Of a stretch of DNA of 64,000 bases, positions 1-9,809 are shown in pieces (position 1 is the stretch's first letter; each line of letters opens with the position of its first letter). The position numbers were made by a program, and so were the translations under genes. The stretch is from NCBI GenBank assembly GCA_965228135.1, contig OZ245798.1, forward strand, positions 1,803,037 through 1,867,036. Reading direction: 5' to 3'. Origin of the DNA: Tagaea sp. (GTDB lineage Bacteria; Pseudomonadota; Alphaproteobacteria; CACIAM-22H2). The notes under the pieces are model-generated. The model ran no database searches and was not told where the DNA came from. It saw only the letters and a list, made by a program, of their open reading frames with translations.

Positions 1-830
1 GTCGACACGCGAAACGGATCCAGCGCCGCTTGCGTGACGATCCACGGGCTGACCGTCGTGGCGAAGACTTTCGCCTGGAACGGGCCCAAGGGCTGATATT
101 CCCAAGCCTGAATATCGCGTGCCGACCAATCGTTGAGCAGCACGTAGCCGAAGATGAGTTCGTCGGCTTGCGCCACAGACACGGGCGTCCCCATCTCGGT
201 CGAAGTGCCGATGATGGCTCCCATCTCGAGTTCGAAGTCGAGCCGCCGGCAGGGGCCAAAAATCGGAAGATCCGCGTCGGCCGGCTTCATCTGGCCGAGC
301 GGACGGCGAAACGGCGTCCCGCTTACGACGACGGTCGATGCGCGACCGTTATAGCCGATCGGAATGCTGAGCCAATTTGGCGGCAAGGCGTTCTCCGGCC
401 CTCTGAACAGCGTGCCGACATTCACCGCATGGTTCTTGCCGGCATAAAAATCAGTGTATCCGGCGACCTTGATCGGCAAATGCATCCGCACCGAATTCAT
501 CGGCCGAAGCGCTTCGCGCCGCAATGCCGTGTTGCCCGACAAGGCCGTGTCGCCGCCGTCCGTCAGAAGGTCGATAAGGCGCGCGCGGGTCTGCGCCCAT
601 TTGGCGCGCCCCAACGTCATGAAGGCGTTGAGCATCGGCTTGTCGAAGACCGGCCGGTCACCGGGCTTGAGCACACCGGCTTCCTCCAAGCGCGCGAGAT
701 CGACGACCCTATCGCCGATCGCGACACCGCAGCGCGGACGGTCGTCGCCGTCGCTGAACACGCCGTAAGGGAGATTGCGCGGCGAGAACTCGCAATCCGG
801 CGCGTTCGCCGATTGAATCCAGCTTTTCAC
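1..830 (-). CDS. fahA: fumarylacetoacetate hydrolase (fumarylacetoacetase); 3' end truncated by the window edge
   Basis: Minus-strand translation from a GTG at 830..828 (absent from the ORF track because it runs off the window) gives [26 protein letters not shown] ... [31 protein letters not shown] ... [20 protein letters not shown]. This is collinear with known fumarylacetoacetases; the GTG overlaps the hmgA stop (GTGA). Confidence 0.85.
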   Translation of the reverse strand, partial: MKSWIQSANAPDCEFSPRNLPYGVFSDGDDRPRCGVAIGDRVVDLARLEEAGVLKPGDRPVFDKPMLNAFMTLGRAKWAQTRARLIDLLTDGGDTALSGNTALRREALRPMNSVRMHLPIKVAGYTDFYAGKNHAVNVGTLFRGPENALPPNWLSIPIGYNGRASTVVVSGTPFRRPLGQMKPADADLPIFGPCRRLDFELEMGAIIGTSTEMGTPVSVAQADELIFGYVLLNDWSARDIQAWEYQPLGPFQAKVFATTVSPWIVTQAALDPFRVS

Positions 831-2143
831 GATGAAGACCCCGAATGGACGGCGGCGTCGAAATGCTTGGTCAAGCTCGACCAGCAATCGGCATAACCGC
901 GTTGAAGGCTGGGCGATCGCGCCGCGAACGCCGTCGGCTGCTGCGGCAACCGCGTCTCGAACATGAAGGCGAGCGTGTTTTCGAGCTTGTACGGCGCCAG
1001 ATTCGAGTTGGTCGCCTTCAAGAACGCGTCATTGTCGGGCCCGTGCGGCAACATGCTGTTGTGCAGGCTGAAGCCGCCGGGCACGAAGCCTTCCTCCTTG
1101 GCGTCATAGCGGCCGTAAATCAGCCCCATGAATTCCGACATGATGTTCGAATGGAACCAGGGCGGCCGGAACGAGTGCTCGGCGACCATCCAGCGTTCCG
1201 GGAAGATCACGAAATCGACATTCGCCGTGCCCGGCTCGCCCGACGGCGACGTCAATACGGTGAAGATCGACGGATCGGCATGGTCGAACAGGATCGGCCC
1301 CATCGGGCAGAATTTCCGAAGATCGTATTTGTAGGGCGCGTAGTTTCCGTGCCAGCCGACGACGTCGAGCGGCGAGCGCGCGATATCAGCCGCATTGAAC
1401 GTACCGCACCATTTGACGATCATCCGCGACGGCGTCTCGCGATCCTCGAACGCGGCGACCGGCGTTTCGAAGTCGCGCGGATTGGCAAGGCCGTTGGCGC
1501 CGATCGGACCCAATTCGGGCAACGCGAAGCGCTGGCCGAAATTCTCGCAGACATAGCCGCGGGCCGGGCCGTCGATAAGCTCGACCTTGAATTTTACGCC
1601 GCGCGGCAGCACGGCGATCTCGCCCGGCCCGACCGAAAGCCGCCCCATCTCGGTGAAGAGCAGCAGACGCCCCATCTCCGGAACGACGAGCAGTTCGCCA
1701 TCCGCATTCATGAAGTAATCGTCGCGCATCGACGCCGTCGCCGTGAAGATATGAATCGCCGTCCCGACCTGATCGGCGACGCTGCCGCTGATCGTGATCG
1801 TCGCCATTCCTTCGACGAACGTGACGGGCCGATCGGGCAAAGCGATCGGGCCCCAGCGATGCTGCCCGAGTGCCAGATCGGGATCGATCGATTGGGGCGG
1901 CGACTTCCAGTTCGGCAGATCGATGCGCTGCAATCGCCCGATATGCCGGACGGAAGGCAAAATCCGATAGAGCCAGGACCGCGCATTCGTAGCGCGCGGC
2001 GCCGTGAACGCGGTGCCGGAAAGCTGCTCGGCGTAAAGCCCGTACGCGCAACGCTGCGGCGAATTCTGCCCGTCCGGCAGCGTTCCCGGGATGGCTTCGG
2101 TCGCGAATTCGTTCCCGAAGCCGGACATATAACGCAAGGTCAC
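827..2143 (-). CDS. hmgA: homogentisate 1,2-dioxygenase
   Basis: [13 protein letters not shown]...[24 protein letters not shown]...WLYRI...[14 protein letters not shown]...[13 protein letters not shown]...HGPD is a near-collinear match to HGD. The track ORF (827..2314) is N-terminally over-extended. The likely start is the GTG at 2143, 10 nt after GAGGAGG; an ATG at 2128 is the alternative. Confidence 0.93.
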   Translation of the reverse strand: MTLRYMSGFGNEFATEAIPGTLPDGQNSPQRCAYGLYAEQLSGTAFTAPRATNARSWLYRILPSVRHIGRLQRIDLPNWKSPPQSIDPDLALGQHRWGPIALPDRPVTFVEGMATITISGSVADQVGTAIHIFTATASMRDDYFMNADGELLVVPEMGRLLLFTEMGRLSVGPGEIAVLPRGVKFKVELIDGPARGYVCENFGQRFALPELGPIGANGLANPRDFETPVAAFEDRETPSRMIVKWCGTFNAADIARSPLDVVGWHGNYAPYKYDLRKFCPMGPILFDHADPSIFTVLTSPSGEPGTANVDFVIFPERWMVAEHSFRPPWFHSNIMSEFMGLIYGRYDAKEEGFVPGGFSLHNSMLPHGPDNDAFLKATNSNLAPYKLENTLAFMFETRLPQQPTAFAARSPSLQRGYADCWSSLTKHFDAAVHSGSSS

Positions 2144-2337
2144 GATCGTTTCGCCTCCTCCGCCGCCCCCGCGCGGGTCCGCCCAAAGACGCGCCGCCAG
2201 CAAGGATAACCACATTGATAGGGCCGCCTTGCGGTCCGACAAAGTCCCCTGCGGAGGTGACAAGCGCCGCCGGCATCGATTGAACGCGGTCTCCGGACAA
2301 TGGTAAAATCGCACTCAACAAAGCTCCGGAGGGCGCC

Positions 2338-3084
2338 ATGCTCGAGAACATCATCCTGGATATCGGTACCGAGCGCTTCGCCAAGACGCTGTTCGCCGAA
2401 ACCGTCGACGCGCTCGCCCCCCGTCATCTCGTCGTCTATCGCCATCGTCCCGACGCGCAAGTCGAATTGCTGTTCGCCGAAAGCGACGGCGACGATCCGG
2501 CGATGCGGCGCGCGATCCACGCCTATTCGACCGTTCTCCACGCGCGCGATCCCTTGCGCTCCCATACGCGCCCGCTCGCCAAACGGCGGCTGGATGTCCG
2601 GCATATCGAAGCGCGGGGTATCCGGGACGTGGCGTTCCGCAACGATCTTTACCGGCATCAGCAGATGCGCAGCAAAACGGCGATCGTCGTCCGCCGGCCG
2701 GAGGACGCGATCACGATCGGCATCTTCCGCGGCGAGGAGAAAGGCGCGCTGTCGGATGCGCAATGGAATTTCATCCATGGCGCCGCCGGTGTGATCGCCG
2801 CCGCGGTCGAACGCCACGCGTCCCTGACCGCCCGCCCGGCCGACATCGATTGGCGCGAGAAGCTCGCCGCGATCGAAACGGCACGAAAACTGTCGGCGCG
2901 CGAAATCGACGTTTGCGCACGGATACTCGACGGTCATTTCACGGAATCGATCGCGCTCAATATGGGCATCTCCGCGCATTCGGTGGTGACCTATCGGCGG
3001 CGCGCTTTCGCGAAGCTCGGCGTCGGAACGCGAAGCGAGCTTTTCAATCTCGTCGCCCGCGGCCCGCGGCGATTCGCGCGATAG
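2338..3084 (+). CDS. LuxR-family transcriptional regulator with a C-terminal HTH
   Basis: The C-terminus LSAREIDVCARILDGHFTESIALNMGISAHSVVTYRRRAFAKLGV is a LuxR/GerE-type HTH. It is divergent from hmgA-fahA, so it is the probable pathway regulator. Confidence 0.75.
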   Translation: MLENIILDIGTERFAKTLFAETVDALAPRHLVVYRHRPDAQVELLFAESDGDDPAMRRAIHAYSTVLHARDPLRSHTRPLAKRRLDVRHIEARGIRDVAFRNDLYRHQQMRSKTAIVVRRPEDAITIGIFRGEEKGALSDAQWNFIHGAAGVIAAAVERHASLTARPADIDWREKLAAIETARKLSAREIDVCARILDGHFTESIALNMGISAHSVVTYRRRAFAKLGVGTRSELFNLVARGPRRFAR

Positions 3085-3086
3085 GC

Positions 3087-4058
3087 TCAAATATCGAGCG
3101 TCAGCGACGGCGAGTTCGCGCGCGAAACACAAAGGCACATCCGGTCGTTCCGCGCCTTCTCGTCATCCGTCAGGTACATGTCGCGATGATCGGGAACGCC
3201 GTCGAGCACGGGCGTCAGACACGTGCCGCACACGCCCTGCTCGCACGAGACCGGCACGTCGATTCCTTGACGCGCCAAGGCGGCGACGATCGTTTCCGAC
3301 GCGTCAACATCGACCACGATGCCGCTGCGCTTGGCTTCGACCCGAAACCGACCGCCCGTTAAGGGCACGGCGTCGGCGGGCGCCGAGAAATATTCCTTGT
3401 GGAGCAGGTGTTCCGCCAAACCCGCCGCGCGCGCAAGGCTTAGCGCCACGTCCATGAAGGGCGCCGGCCCGCAAGTATAGACATGCGCCGACGGGCCCGC
3501 CGCCGCGATCGTCCGGACAAGCGCTGCTTGCGTCGCGTCGGCGTCCAGACCGGCAAGGATCGTCGCCGACGCGCGCAATTCGCCGCTTTCGAGAATTTCG
3601 CGAAAGGCGGCCGACGCCGGCGCGCGCACGAAGTAATACAAATGGAACTTCGCCCCGCGCGCCACGAGATGACGCGCCATCGCCAAGAGCGGCGTGATCC
3701 CGATTCCGCCGCCGAGCAACAGATGGAACCCGTCGCTTTGCGCGAGCGGAAAATTGTTGCGCGGGGCGCCGATCTCCAGAAGATCGCCCGGCTTCAGCCC
3801 GTCATGCACGAAGGCCGAACCGCCGCGCGACGCCGGCTCGCGCTTGACCGCGATGCGGTAGAAGCCGGTTTCGGCCGGCCCGTTGCACAACGAATATTGG
3901 CGCACGAGGCCGTTGGGCAGATGCAGATCGATATGCCCGCCCGGCGCGCCCGCGACGAAAGCGCCGCCGTCCTGCGGCGTCAGCTCCAGGGCGCGAATCC
4001 CCTCGGCCGCATCCCAGGCCTTGGTCACAAGCACCGCGATACGCCCGGCCATCGTCAC
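3087..4058 (-). CDS. VanB/phthalate-dioxygenase-reductase-like oxidoreductase (FMN/NAD-binding plus plant-type 2Fe-2S ferredoxin)
   Basis: RQYSLCN...FYRIAVKRE...GGS, GGGIGITPLLAMARHL, and a C-terminal CEQGVCGTCLTPVLDGVPDHRD 2Fe-2S motif. The start overlaps the P450 stop (ATGA at 4055-4058). It is a paralog of the reductase domain of the adjacent P450. Confidence 0.85.
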   Translation of the reverse strand: MTMAGRIAVLVTKAWDAAEGIRALELTPQDGGAFVAGAPGGHIDLHLPNGLVRQYSLCNGPAETGFYRIAVKREPASRGGSAFVHDGLKPGDLLEIGAPRNNFPLAQSDGFHLLLGGGIGITPLLAMARHLVARGAKFHLYYFVRAPASAAFREILESGELRASATILAGLDADATQAALVRTIAAAGPSAHVYTCGPAPFMDVALSLARAAGLAEHLLHKEYFSAPADAVPLTGGRFRVEAKRSGIVVDVDASETIVAALARQGIDVPVSCEQGVCGTCLTPVLDGVPDHRDMYLTDDEKARNDRMCLCVSRANSPSLTLDI

Positions 4059-6391
4059 TTCGCGATCTTCAACCGCGCGCCGCGCGCGCGCGAGCAGCAG
4101 CTCATCATCCGGCGCTGACCCGCGCGTTCGGCCGCCGTCAGCACCCGGTCGCGATGCTCGATCTCGCCCTCAAGCACTTCGACCTCGCACGTGCCGCACA
4201 GCCCTTCCTCGCAATCGCTAGGCACGTCGATTCCGACCGCGCGCAAGGATTGCAGCAGCGTGCCCTCCGGCGGCACGATCACCGTCAGATTGGAGTCCGC
4301 GAGTTCGACTTCGAAAGCGCTGTCTTGCGCGCCCGGCGCCGCCGCCGACGCCGCGGCGAAATATTCGAAGCGCAGGATCTCGTCCGGCAAATCGCGGGTC
4401 AAACCCTGCAACGCCTCGATCATCCGATCCGGTCCGCAGGCGTAGAACTGCGTGCCAGGCTTGCGCGCGGCGATCAACGCCGCGAGATCGGCGCGCTGGC
4501 CCTCGGCGCCGATATACAGCGATAGCCGTTCGCCGTGATCCGCCGCCAGCCGATCAACGAACGCCATGCCGGCGCGTCGGCGGCCGGCGTAATGGATCTC
4601 GTATTCCGCGCCGTCGCGTTTCAACCGATCGGCCATCGCCAGGATCGGCGTGATGCCGATCCCGCCGGCGATCAGCACGTGACGGGCGGCGGCGTCGTTG
4701 ATCCGGAAATGGGTGCGCGGCCCGCGAATCAGAATTTCGTCACCCACGCGGATGGCGTCGTGGAAATGCTTCGACCCGCCGCGCCCATCCGCCTCGCGCA
4801 GAATCGCGACGCGGTAATCGCGATCTTCGGGAAGGCCGCACAGCGAGTATTTACGCTCGAATCCGCCATGGATGAGTTCGATATGCGCGCCCGCCGCCCA
4901 ATTCGGCAAAGCGCGTCCCTTCGCGTCGGCCAGTGTCAGGCCGACGATCCCGTCGGCCTCGCGCGTCACCGTCCTCACGCGCACCGCGCGCGCGATCTCG
5001 CGCTTCGACGGCGCGCCAACCGTATAGGACGCGCGCGGCGCATGGACCGACTTGTCCGCACGCTCGGGATTGCGCGCGGGATCCCATTCGACCCAGAGAT
5101 GGTCGGGGCCGCGGAAGGAGGTGTTCGGCAGATAGCTGAAGACCTGGCCGTCGACCAAGCGCATATGCGGCAGACGGCGCGTGAACTCTTCCAGGAAGAT
5201 CCGCATCTCCATCCGCGCCAGGTTCTTGCCCATGCATTGATGGCTGCCATAGCCGAACGTCAGATGATCGACCGCGTTATCGCGATAGATGTCGAAAAAA
5301 TCGCCGTCCTCGAAATGGCGCGAATCGTGATTGCCCGACGCGGTCGCGATCAGCAGCTTGGCACCCGCCGGCAAATCGATGCCGCCCACCGTCACCGCGC
5401 GCGTCGTCTTGCGCCGCCACGCGACGACCGAGCCCGCGTAGCGCAGGCATTCCTCGACCGCGTTGGGAATGAGCTTGGGATCGGCGCAGATATCGTCCCA
5501 CGCCTGACGATGGGTCAGCAGCAGCTTGATCGCATTGGCGGAGGCATGGGCGGTCGTCTCGTGCGCCGCGACGATGATCGCCATCATCATCGAATGCAGA
5601 TAATTGTCGGTAACGACCTCCGGAATCACCTTGTTCTTGCGGATGGCGAAATGCATCCAGCCTTCGCCATCGGGGTCGGTGCGCATCTTGTCGAGGATAC
5701 GGCCCGCCAATTGCCAGAACTTGCCGACCGAATGCGCGACCTCGACCTGCTTTTCGGGCGACGGTCGGCCCCAAGTATTGACCGTATGCGCGATCGAAAA
5801 GCGCCGCAGCGTGTCCATGTCCTCCTCGGGCACGCCCAGGAAATCCAGCGCCACCGTCAGCGGGATCTCCCACAGCATTTCCTCGACCAAATCGGCCTTG
5901 CCGCGGTCGATGAAGGCATCGACCTTCGCGCGCGCATGGCCGCGGATCGCGCCCTCCAGCTTGGCGAGATTTTCCGGCAGGAAATGGTCGAGCAACGCGC
6001 GCCGGCGCTCCATATGGACGGGCTCGTCCTCGTTCACCAGCGTGCGCTTCATGCCGTAATCGTAGCTTTGCAACACGCGCGTCGCTTCGTCGGAGAAGGG
6101 CGTGATTTTCTCGAGCACGTTCTCGGGCGAGAAGGTGATGTTGTCGCGGAAGATCGCCTTGATGTCCTCGAAGCGGCTGACGACCCAGTAGTCGAGCTTC
6201 GGGCTGTAGAACACCGGCTCGCGCTCGCGCGACCAGCGCAACGCGTCCGCCGGATCGACCTGATAGGGACCCTGGAACGGATCGAACGCGGCCGCGTCGT
6301 GCGATACCGGGCACGCGCCCGCCGGTTTCGCGGCCGCAGCACCGTGGAACGGGCAGCCCGCGGCGTTTGAATCCTGTCGCTGGGTTGACAT
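4055..6391 (-). CDS. self-sufficient cytochrome P450 (CYP116B-like): P450 haem domain fused to a PDR-like FMN/2Fe-2S reductase domain
   Basis: The N-terminal ~440 aa carries the haem-thiolate loop FGYGSHQCMGKNLARMEMRIFLEEF and AHETTAHA (I-helix). The C-terminal ~320 aa carries RKYSLCG, GGIGITPILAMADRL and CEEGLCGTCEVEVLEGEIEHRD. This is the architecture of P450RhF/CYP116B enzymes. Confidence 0.9.
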   Translation of the reverse strand: MSTQRQDSNAAGCPFHGAAAAKPAGACPVSHDAAAFDPFQGPYQVDPADALRWSREREPVFYSPKLDYWVVSRFEDIKAIFRDNITFSPENVLEKITPFSDEATRVLQSYDYGMKRTLVNEDEPVHMERRRALLDHFLPENLAKLEGAIRGHARAKVDAFIDRGKADLVEEMLWEIPLTVALDFLGVPEEDMDTLRRFSIAHTVNTWGRPSPEKQVEVAHSVGKFWQLAGRILDKMRTDPDGEGWMHFAIRKNKVIPEVVTDNYLHSMMMAIIVAAHETTAHASANAIKLLLTHRQAWDDICADPKLIPNAVEECLRYAGSVVAWRRKTTRAVTVGGIDLPAGAKLLIATASGNHDSRHFEDGDFFDIYRDNAVDHLTFGYGSHQCMGKNLARMEMRIFLEEFTRRLPHMRLVDGQVFSYLPNTSFRGPDHLWVEWDPARNPERADKSVHAPRASYTVGAPSKREIARAVRVRTVTREADGIVGLTLADAKGRALPNWAAGAHIELIHGGFERKYSLCGLPEDRDYRVAILREADGRGGSKHFHDAIRVGDEILIRGPRTHFRINDAAARHVLIAGGIGITPILAMADRLKRDGAEYEIHYAGRRRAGMAFVDRLAADHGERLSLYIGAEGQRADLAALIAARKPGTQFYACGPDRMIEALQGLTRDLPDEILRFEYFAAASAAAPGAQDSAFEVELADSNLTVIVPPEGTLLQSLRAVGIDVPSDCEEGLCGTCEVEVLEGEIEHRDRVLTAAERAGQRRMMSCCSRARGARLKIAK

Positions 6392-6410
6392 CGAATTACC
6401 TCTTCGCTCG

Positions 6411-7112
6411 CTAATGCCCCAGGAACGCGTGACGGACCCTGGGATCGTCGATCAGATCGCGCGCGCACCCATCGAGCAGCACCTTGCCCGCGGACATGAC
6501 GTAGGCGCGGTCCGCGATGCCGAGAGCGGCCTTCGCGTTTTGCTCGACCAGGAGAATGGAAGTGCCGCGCTTGCCGAGCTGGGCGACGACCTGCATGACT
6601 TGCGCGACGATCATCGGCGCCAATCCCATGCTCGGTTCGTCGAGCAGCAGGCAGCGCGGCCGCCCCATCAACGCGCGCGCGATCGCCAGCATCTGCTGCT
6701 GGCCGCCCGATAGCGTGCCCGCCGGTTGCGTCAAACGCTGATGCAACACCGGGAAGTATCCGAACACTTCGTCGAGAAGCGCCTTGTCCAGCGCGCCGCC
6801 ATGCGCGTAGCCGCCCAGGCGCAGATTGTCCTCGACGGACAGGTTGGTGAAAACCTGCCGTCCTTCGGGCGATTGGACGAGGCCGCGCGCGACGCGCCGA
6901 TGCGCGGGGCACCGGCGCAAATCCTCGCCGTCGAATCGGATGGCGCCGCTTTTGATCGGCATCAAACCGGATACGCAACGCATCAGCGTCGTCTTGCCCG
7001 CACCGTTGGCGCCGATCAGCGCCACGATTTCACCCGCGTCGACCCGCAGGTCGACGCCGTGAAGAACTTCGATCCGGCCATAGGCGGCGGCGACGGCGGT
7101 GATCTCAAGCAT
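6411..7112 (-). CDS. ABC transporter ATP-binding protein, LivF type (branched-chain amino acid / HAAT family)
   Basis: GANGAGKTT Walker A, LSGGQQQMLAIARAL signature, LLLDEPSMGLAP. The track ORF extends to 7214; the true start is MLEITAV at 7112, overlapping the LivG-type stop. Confidence 0.88.
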   Translation of the reverse strand: MLEITAVAAAYGRIEVLHGVDLRVDAGEIVALIGANGAGKTTLMRCVSGLMPIKSGAIRFDGEDLRRCPAHRRVARGLVQSPEGRQVFTNLSVEDNLRLGGYAHGGALDKALLDEVFGYFPVLHQRLTQPAGTLSGGQQQMLAIARALMGRPRCLLLDEPSMGLAPMIVAQVMQVVAQLGKRGTSILLVEQNAKAALGIADRAYVMSAGKVLLDGCARDLIDDPRVRHAFLGH

Positions 7113-7881
7113 GGGAATCCGCCTCCACGCCCAGATACGCTTCGATGACCAGCGGATCGGCTGCCACTTCCCGCGGCATGCCCTGCGCGATCTTTCGCCC
7201 GCCGTCCAACACATAGACGTAGTCGGACACGGACATCACCATTTCCATGTCGTGTTCCACCAGCACCATCGAAAGCCCGTCGGCACGCAGTTGCTCGATC
7301 AGTGCCCTGATTTCCGCCGTCTCGACGGCGTTGCAGCCGGCCGCCGGCTCGTCGAGCAACAGAAGCTTGGGCGAGGTCGCCAAGCTGCGCGCGATCTCCA
7401 GCCGTTTCATCTGGCCGTAGCTGAGACTCGTCGCCGGCCATTCCGCCTTGTCGGCGAGATCGACCCGGCGTAGCAATTCGACCGCGCGTTCGGCCATGTA
7501 TTTGCGTTCGCGATGCATGCCGGGCGCGCCGAGCAGATTGGCGAGCAGCGAGGCCTGGCGATGCTGATGGAAGCCGACCATCACGTTCTCGACCGCCGAA
7601 AGCTGGTCGAAGATGCGCAGATTTTGGAAGGTCCGCGACAACCCCATCCGCGCCAGTTCGTGCAAGGATTTGCGCGCGATATCCATGCCCTCCAGCACGA
7701 GCCGCCCGGCGCTGGGCTGGTAGACGCCGGAAATCAGATTGAACAATGTCGTCTTGCCCGCCCCGTTGGGGCCGATCACCGCGGTCACGCGTCCGCGTTT
7801 GGCCGACATGCCCACCGATTGCAGGGCCGCGATGCCGCCGAATTCGACCGACAGATTCTCGACGTTCAGCACGTCATCCAT
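7105..7881 (-). CDS. ABC transporter ATP-binding protein, LivG type
   Basis: GPNGAGKTTLFNLISG, LSYGQMKRLEIARSLA, LLLLDEPAAG. Confidence 0.88.
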   Translation of the reverse strand: MDDVLNVENLSVEFGGIAALQSVGMSAKRGRVTAVIGPNGAGKTTLFNLISGVYQPSAGRLVLEGMDIARKSLHELARMGLSRTFQNLRIFDQLSAVENVMVGFHQHRQASLLANLLGAPGMHRERKYMAERAVELLRRVDLADKAEWPATSLSYGQMKRLEIARSLATSPKLLLLDEPAAGCNAVETAEIRALIEQLRADGLSMVLVEHDMEMVMSVSDYVYVLDGGRKIAQGMPREVAADPLVIEAYLGVEADSHA

Positions 7882-8839
7882 GGCGGTTGCCCTTGCGTAA
7901 AGCGAGTAGCGAAGGCACCAGGCCGCGGCCCAGGAAGACCATCGTCGCCATCATGATCAAACCGATGAAGGTCTGTTCGTACTCGCGCACGAAGGTCAGC
8001 ACCTGGGGCAGCAGCGTCAGCATCGCCGCACCGACCATCGCCCCGGATACCGACGTGGCACCGCCGAGCACGGCCATGGTCAGGAATTCGACCGAATGCA
8101 GCAGGTGCGCAGCCGACGGATCGACGAACTCGTTGAACTGGGCGAACAACGCGCCCGCCAGCCCCGCATAGGCCGACGCGATCGTGAACGCGGCAAGCTT
8201 TTCCTTCGCCACGTCTACGCCCAGCGTGCCGGCGGCGACGTCCGATCCGTGCAGCGCCACCAAGGCGCGGCCCGATGCGCTATGACGCAGATTGATCGCG
8301 ACATACATGCCGATCAGCGCGATCGGCGCGATCAGCCAATACCAGGCGGCGGGCGTCGAAAGCCGCAAACCCAGCACCTGGAAAATCTGACGTACCGCCG
8401 GCACCTGCACGGCCATTCCGTCCGATCCACCGGTCAGCCAGCGTTCATTGCCCGCGACCAGCGTCACCAGCACGCCGAAGGCGAGCGTGACGATGGCCAG
8501 ATACGGGCCTTTGAGACGCAGGATCGGCCGGCCGATCGCCCAGCCGGCGATCGTGGCCGCGAAGGTTCCCGCCGCCAGCGCCAACACGGGATGGATGCCG
8601 AATCGATCGGGCAGAATCGCGCAGACATAGGCGCCGATGCCGAAGAAGCCGGCATGCCCCAAGCTCGCGAGCCCCGCATAACCCAGCAGGACGACGAGCC
8701 CCAACACCGCCAGGCCGTTGATCATCACCAGCGTGGCGACACGGTAGTGATAGTTCGTCTGGAAGAAGAACGGCAGGACGATGATCGCCGCCAGCGCGAT
8801 CAGGACAGGCAGATAGATGTTCGAGCCGAGCTTGCGCAT
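7874..8839 (-). CDS. ABC transporter permease, LivM type
   Basis: Polytopic hydrophobic protein of typical LivM length and layout; it overlaps the neighbouring genes by a few nucleotides. Confidence 0.8.
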   Translation of the reverse strand: MRKLGSNIYLPVLIALAAIIVLPFFFQTNYHYRVATLVMINGLAVLGLVVLLGYAGLASLGHAGFFGIGAYVCAILPDRFGIHPVLALAAGTFAATIAGWAIGRPILRLKGPYLAIVTLAFGVLVTLVAGNERWLTGGSDGMAVQVPAVRQIFQVLGLRLSTPAAWYWLIAPIALIGMYVAINLRHSASGRALVALHGSDVAAGTLGVDVAKEKLAAFTIASAYAGLAGALFAQFNEFVDPSAAHLLHSVEFLTMAVLGGATSVSGAMVGAAMLTLLPQVLTFVREYEQTFIGLIMMATMVFLGRGLVPSLLALRKGNRHG

Positions 8840-8840
8840 G

Positions 8841-9713
8841 TCAGACGCGCTCCTGCAACGCGCGGCCGAACAGACCGTTGGGCATGAAGATCAGCACCAG
8901 GATGATGACCAGGAAGGGGCTCGCTTCCTTATAGGCGGAGGAGATCCAACCCGCCGTGATCGCTTCGATCAGGCCGATCGCCAAACCACCCACGACGGCG
9001 CCCAAAGGCGAACCCAGCCCGCCGAGCATCGCGCCCGCAAAGCCCTTAAGGGCGAGCGGAATGCCGATCTCCGCATTGGTTAGCGTGATCGGCGTCACCA
9101 GAATGCCGCCCAGCGCCCCGACCGCCGCCGAAAGGCCGAAGCTCAACGACACGACGAAATTCGTGTCGATGCCCACGAGCCTTGCCGCGTCGCGATTATT
9201 GGCCGCCGCCAGCACCGCCTTGCCGATCAGCGTGCGGGTGAAGAAGACGAACAGTGCCGCCAGGATCGCAGCGGTCGAACCCATGACGACCAGGCTTTGG
9301 ATCTGAACGGTGGCGCCGGCGATGCGCAGCGGCGCGTCGCTAAAAAGCGGTGGCAGACTGTGCGACTGCTTGTCGAAGACGATCTGCGCGATCCCGCGTA
9401 CGAAGATCGACGCGCCGATCGTGATGACGATGAGGGAGACGGTCGAACTGCTCTGCGCCGGTTCGATCGCCAGTTTCTGCAGCGCCAAGCCGCAGGCGAT
9501 CGCCACGACAATGGCCGCGGCGGCGGCGGCCGGCAAAGGCAAACCCCAATAGGCGAGGAAGACCGTCCCCATGCCGCCAAGCATCACAAACTCGCCCTGC
9601 GCGAAGTTCACGACGCTGGATGCGTTGAAGATGATGATCAGGCCCAGCGCAATCAGCGCGTAGATGGCGCCGACCGTCAGGCCCGAAAAGAGAATCTGGA
9701 GGATATCGGCCAT
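8841..9713 (-). CDS. ABC transporter permease, LivH type
   Basis: Hydrophobic BPD permease; the likely start is MADILQILFSGL at 9713 (track ORF starts at 9767). Confidence 0.8.
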   Translation of the reverse strand: MADILQILFSGLTVGAIYALIALGLIIIFNASSVVNFAQGEFVMLGGMGTVFLAYWGLPLPAAAAAAIVVAIACGLALQKLAIEPAQSSSTVSLIVITIGASIFVRGIAQIVFDKQSHSLPPLFSDAPLRIAGATVQIQSLVVMGSTAAILAALFVFFTRTLIGKAVLAAANNRDAARLVGIDTNFVVSLSFGLSAAVGALGGILVTPITLTNAEIGIPLALKGFAGAMLGGLGSPLGAVVGGLAIGLIEAITAGWISSAYKEASPFLVIILVLIFMPNGLFGRALQERV

Positions 9714-9809
9714 TGTCCTGGGGGGGAGTGGGTGTCGGGAGACGGGAAGCGCGTCCGGCGCCGGCATCGCCGTCTTGCGGCGGAAATGCCGGCGCGGTCG
9801 CGGCTATGC

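Noticed and set aside
30-2209. Long plus-strand ORFs (30-896, 845-2209) over fahA and hmgA
   Set aside because: Arginine-rich, motif-free antisense translations of confidently identified minus-strand genes, a typical high-GC artefact.
2140-3138. 332-aa minus-strand ORF overlapping the LuxR gene, and 1386-2384 overlapping hmgA
   Set aside because: Antisense to genes with clear homology; R/A-rich with no motifs.
4535-6370. 611-aa plus-strand ORF antisense to the P450
   Set aside because: The minus-strand reading has unmistakable P450 and PDR motifs; the plus frame is low-complexity and R-rich.
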